The notes below the pieces were generated by a model. The model had not been told where the DNA came from. It did not search any database and saw only the letters and a program-made list of their open reading frames with translations. The translations under genes and the position numbers were made by a program. This document shows positions 57,008 through 58,824 of a DNA stretch of 58,824 bases, piece after piece. Positions within the stretch are counted from its first letter, which is position 1. Each line of letters starts with the position of its first letter. Source of the stretch: Candidatus Woesearchaeota archaeon (lineage in GTDB: Archaea; Nanobdellota; Nanobdellia; Woesearchaeales; ARS49); the NCBI GenBank assembly GCA_016929895.1, contig JAFGHW010000017.1:1-58824 (forward strand), given 5' to 3'.

Positions 57008-58423
57008 ATGAAAAAAATAGGTTTGTTGCTCTTGATAGTATTACTTATAGCCACAGCAGCATATGCACAAGACTTCTCAGCAACCATATTATCGCACACA
57101 GAAAAAATCAAGCAAAACGAAACAGCAACATACCAATTAATCATATCACACCCATTTGGCTTGCCGCAAACATTTGAAATCTACACAACAGACGTGCTAT
57201 GGGATGTGCGAACAAAAGACACGCTAAATGTAAACCCAGGAACAGACTTTCAAACAGAACTACAATTACGGCCCCTGAATTTAAACCCTGGAGTATACAG
57301 CATACCATTACACATTAAATTATCAGGAACAGACCAGGTAATCAAAGAAAACATACAATTAGAAGTAGTATCACAATACCCGCCAACAGCAACCTACCTG
57401 CCAGCAGTCCGCGGAACAGTAACAATGGCAAGAAAAGCAGACCCAAAAGACCCGATAAGAGTATATGTCCGGCTGGAAAACCAAAACAAAAAATTACTAA
57501 AAAACGTCCAAGTAAAACTAAGAAGCGCGGTCATAAACAAAGACTATGACGCAGAATTAAAACCATTAGAAACAAAAAAACTAACCTTTGAAGCACTAAT
57601 AGACCCTTATACTGCCCCTCAAAAAGACATAATGAAAGTAACAGTAGTGGTTCAAGAAAACGGAGAAGTGTACCAATTTGACCTTGAACCAGTAGAATAC
57701 ACGGTTTTAGAATACCGGGATTTAGTAGTAGTGCAGGATGAAACAATCAAAGAAACCTTTAAAATCCTAAAAACAATAATCCTGACAAACGAAGGAAATG
57801 TGCGTTTAATTGAAAAATATTCTATACCAACAAATTTTCTAGAAAGCCTTTTTATGACAACAACACCCTCTTCTACAAGAATAGGGCACCAAAGAATATG
57901 GGAATTAGACATTGAAAAAGGGCAAACACAAAGAATAGACATAATAATCAATTACAGACCATTAGTATTCTTATTATCTGCTTTAATTATTTTAATAATC
58001 TCTTACTTTATTTTTAGAAGCCCAATAACAATGAGAAAACAAGCAGCAGTAGTAGGAACAAGAGAAGGAGGAATATCAGAACTAAAAATATTACTTGTTA
58101 TTAAGAACAGAACCAAAAACAGATTAAAACATTTGCGAATAATAGACTTAGTGCCAAGAATAGCATCCTTAAAACAAGACTCAGACATAGGAACAGTAAA
58201 CCCAGACAAAATAATACACAATGACACACAAGGAACAATCCTAAAATGGCACATAGACCAGATTGATTCTGGCGAAGAAAGACTGATTTCTTACAAAATC
58301 CGTTCAAAACTAAGTATTCTTGGCGGTGTTACATTGCCAGTGGCTGTGGCTAAGTTTAATACTGAGAAAGGTAAAGTTCGACATTCTAATTCTAACAAAG
58401 CACGCATAGGATTTTTAGGGTAG
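57008..58423 (+). CDS. Secreted/membrane protein with Ig-like domains, one internal TM helix and a C-terminal DUF11-like domain
   Basis: Signal peptide (AYA-Q), TM helix YRPLVFLL…, I-I-D-x-V-P…L-K-W-x-I…G-E-E-R-x-I-S-Y. Confidence 0.7.
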   Translation: MKKIGLLLLIVLLIATAAYAQDFSATILSHTEKIKQNETATYQLIISHPFGLPQTFEIYTTDVLWDVRTKDTLNVNPGTDFQTELQLRPLNLNPGVYSIPLHIKLSGTDQVIKENIQLEVVSQYPPTATYLPAVRGTVTMARKADPKDPIRVYVRLENQNKKLLKNVQVKLRSAVINKDYDAELKPLETKKLTFEALIDPYTAPQKDIMKVTVVVQENGEVYQFDLEPVEYTVLEYRDLVVVQDETIKETFKILKTIILTNEGNVRLIEKYSIPTNFLESLFMTTTPSSTRIGHQRIWELDIEKGQTQRIDIIINYRPLVFLLSALIILIISYFIFRSPITMRKQAAVVGTREGGISELKILLVIKNRTKNRLKHLRIIDLVPRIASLKQDSDIGTVNPDKIIHNDTQGTILKWHIDQIDSGEERLISYKIRSKLSILGGVTLPVAVAKFNTEKGKVRHSNSNKARIGFLG

Positions 58424-58428
58424 AAAAC

Positions 58429-58824
58429 TTATTTCACAATTTCATTCTGCAGTCTCAAGGCCAAATAATAATTTAATAATTTTTTAGACATATCTATTTG
58501 CTGATTCACTGCATGAAAAAATTGCTTTCCTTTGTCATCTTTGCTGTAATACTCTTTGAACGAATTTTCAATATACCGCGCAAAAGCAAAAGGAGAGGGT
58601 GTTTGGCAAATATCTTCAAGAAAAGAAACAAACTTTTTAACATGGCGGGTTGGAGTAATTTTTTCAAAACTAGGAGGCCTATAACCCCTGGATTTTAATG
58701 TTTCCACTTTATCAGGCTCTGCAAAACAAACCAAAGTCGAATCTTCAGCAAATAAAGTCAAAGCTTCGTTAGTTATAATTCTAATAATATCTTTTTGTTC
58801 TGCTTCTTCTTTTGTACAAACAAA
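58429..58824 (-). CDS. Hypothetical protein, 5'-truncated at the window edge
   Basis: The frame stays open from 58761 to the end of the window (…FVCTKEEAEQKDIIRIITNEAL-TLFAED). Confidence 0.6.
   Translation of the reverse strand, partial: FVCTKEEAEQKDIIRIITNEALTLFAEDSTLVCFAEPDKVETLKSRGYRPPSFEKITPTRHVKKFVSFLEDICQTPSPFAFARYIENSFKEYYSKDDKGKQFFHAVNQQIDMSKKLLNYYLALRLQNEIVK

Overview
AT-rich archaeal chromosomal segment, most consistent with a DPANN archaeon of the Woesearchaeota/Nanoarchaeota type (inference from gene content: split RpoB and RpoA, L30e-NusA-S12-S7 operon without EF-2, TFB, intron-containing tRNA-Lys, Taw3, BRE/TATA promoters with many leaderless genes). Housekeeping content: RNA polymerase/ribosomal operon, class II ribonucleotide reductase with ferredoxin and cobalamin adenosyltransferase, MetRS, malate dehydrogenase, UDP-glucose dehydrogenase and epimerase, Kef-type antiporter, ABC-2 exporter, Lrp regulator and a Rad50/SbcC-like ATPase. 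There are also several large surface proteins and many singly promoted orphan genes. No CRISPR array, integrase, transposase, reverse transcriptase or rRNA was seen. Most interesting observations: (1) a Lit/DUF1461-like lipoprotein transacylase next to a lipobox-bearing repeat protein, although archaeal lipids are ether-linked; (2) apparently inactivated bacterial-type domains (DnaB-like with a broken Walker A, a receiver domain lacking the phospho-Asp); (3) several structured non-coding elements next to orphan genes, including a separately promoted ~85-nt pseudoknot candidate and a long 5'-leader hairpin; (4) an uncharacterised S26-peptidase / coiled-coil / split TIM-barrel / MNT-HEPN neighbourhood; (5) unannotated micro-ORFs with their own promoters. 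All family assignments come from motif recognition by eye, not from database searches.
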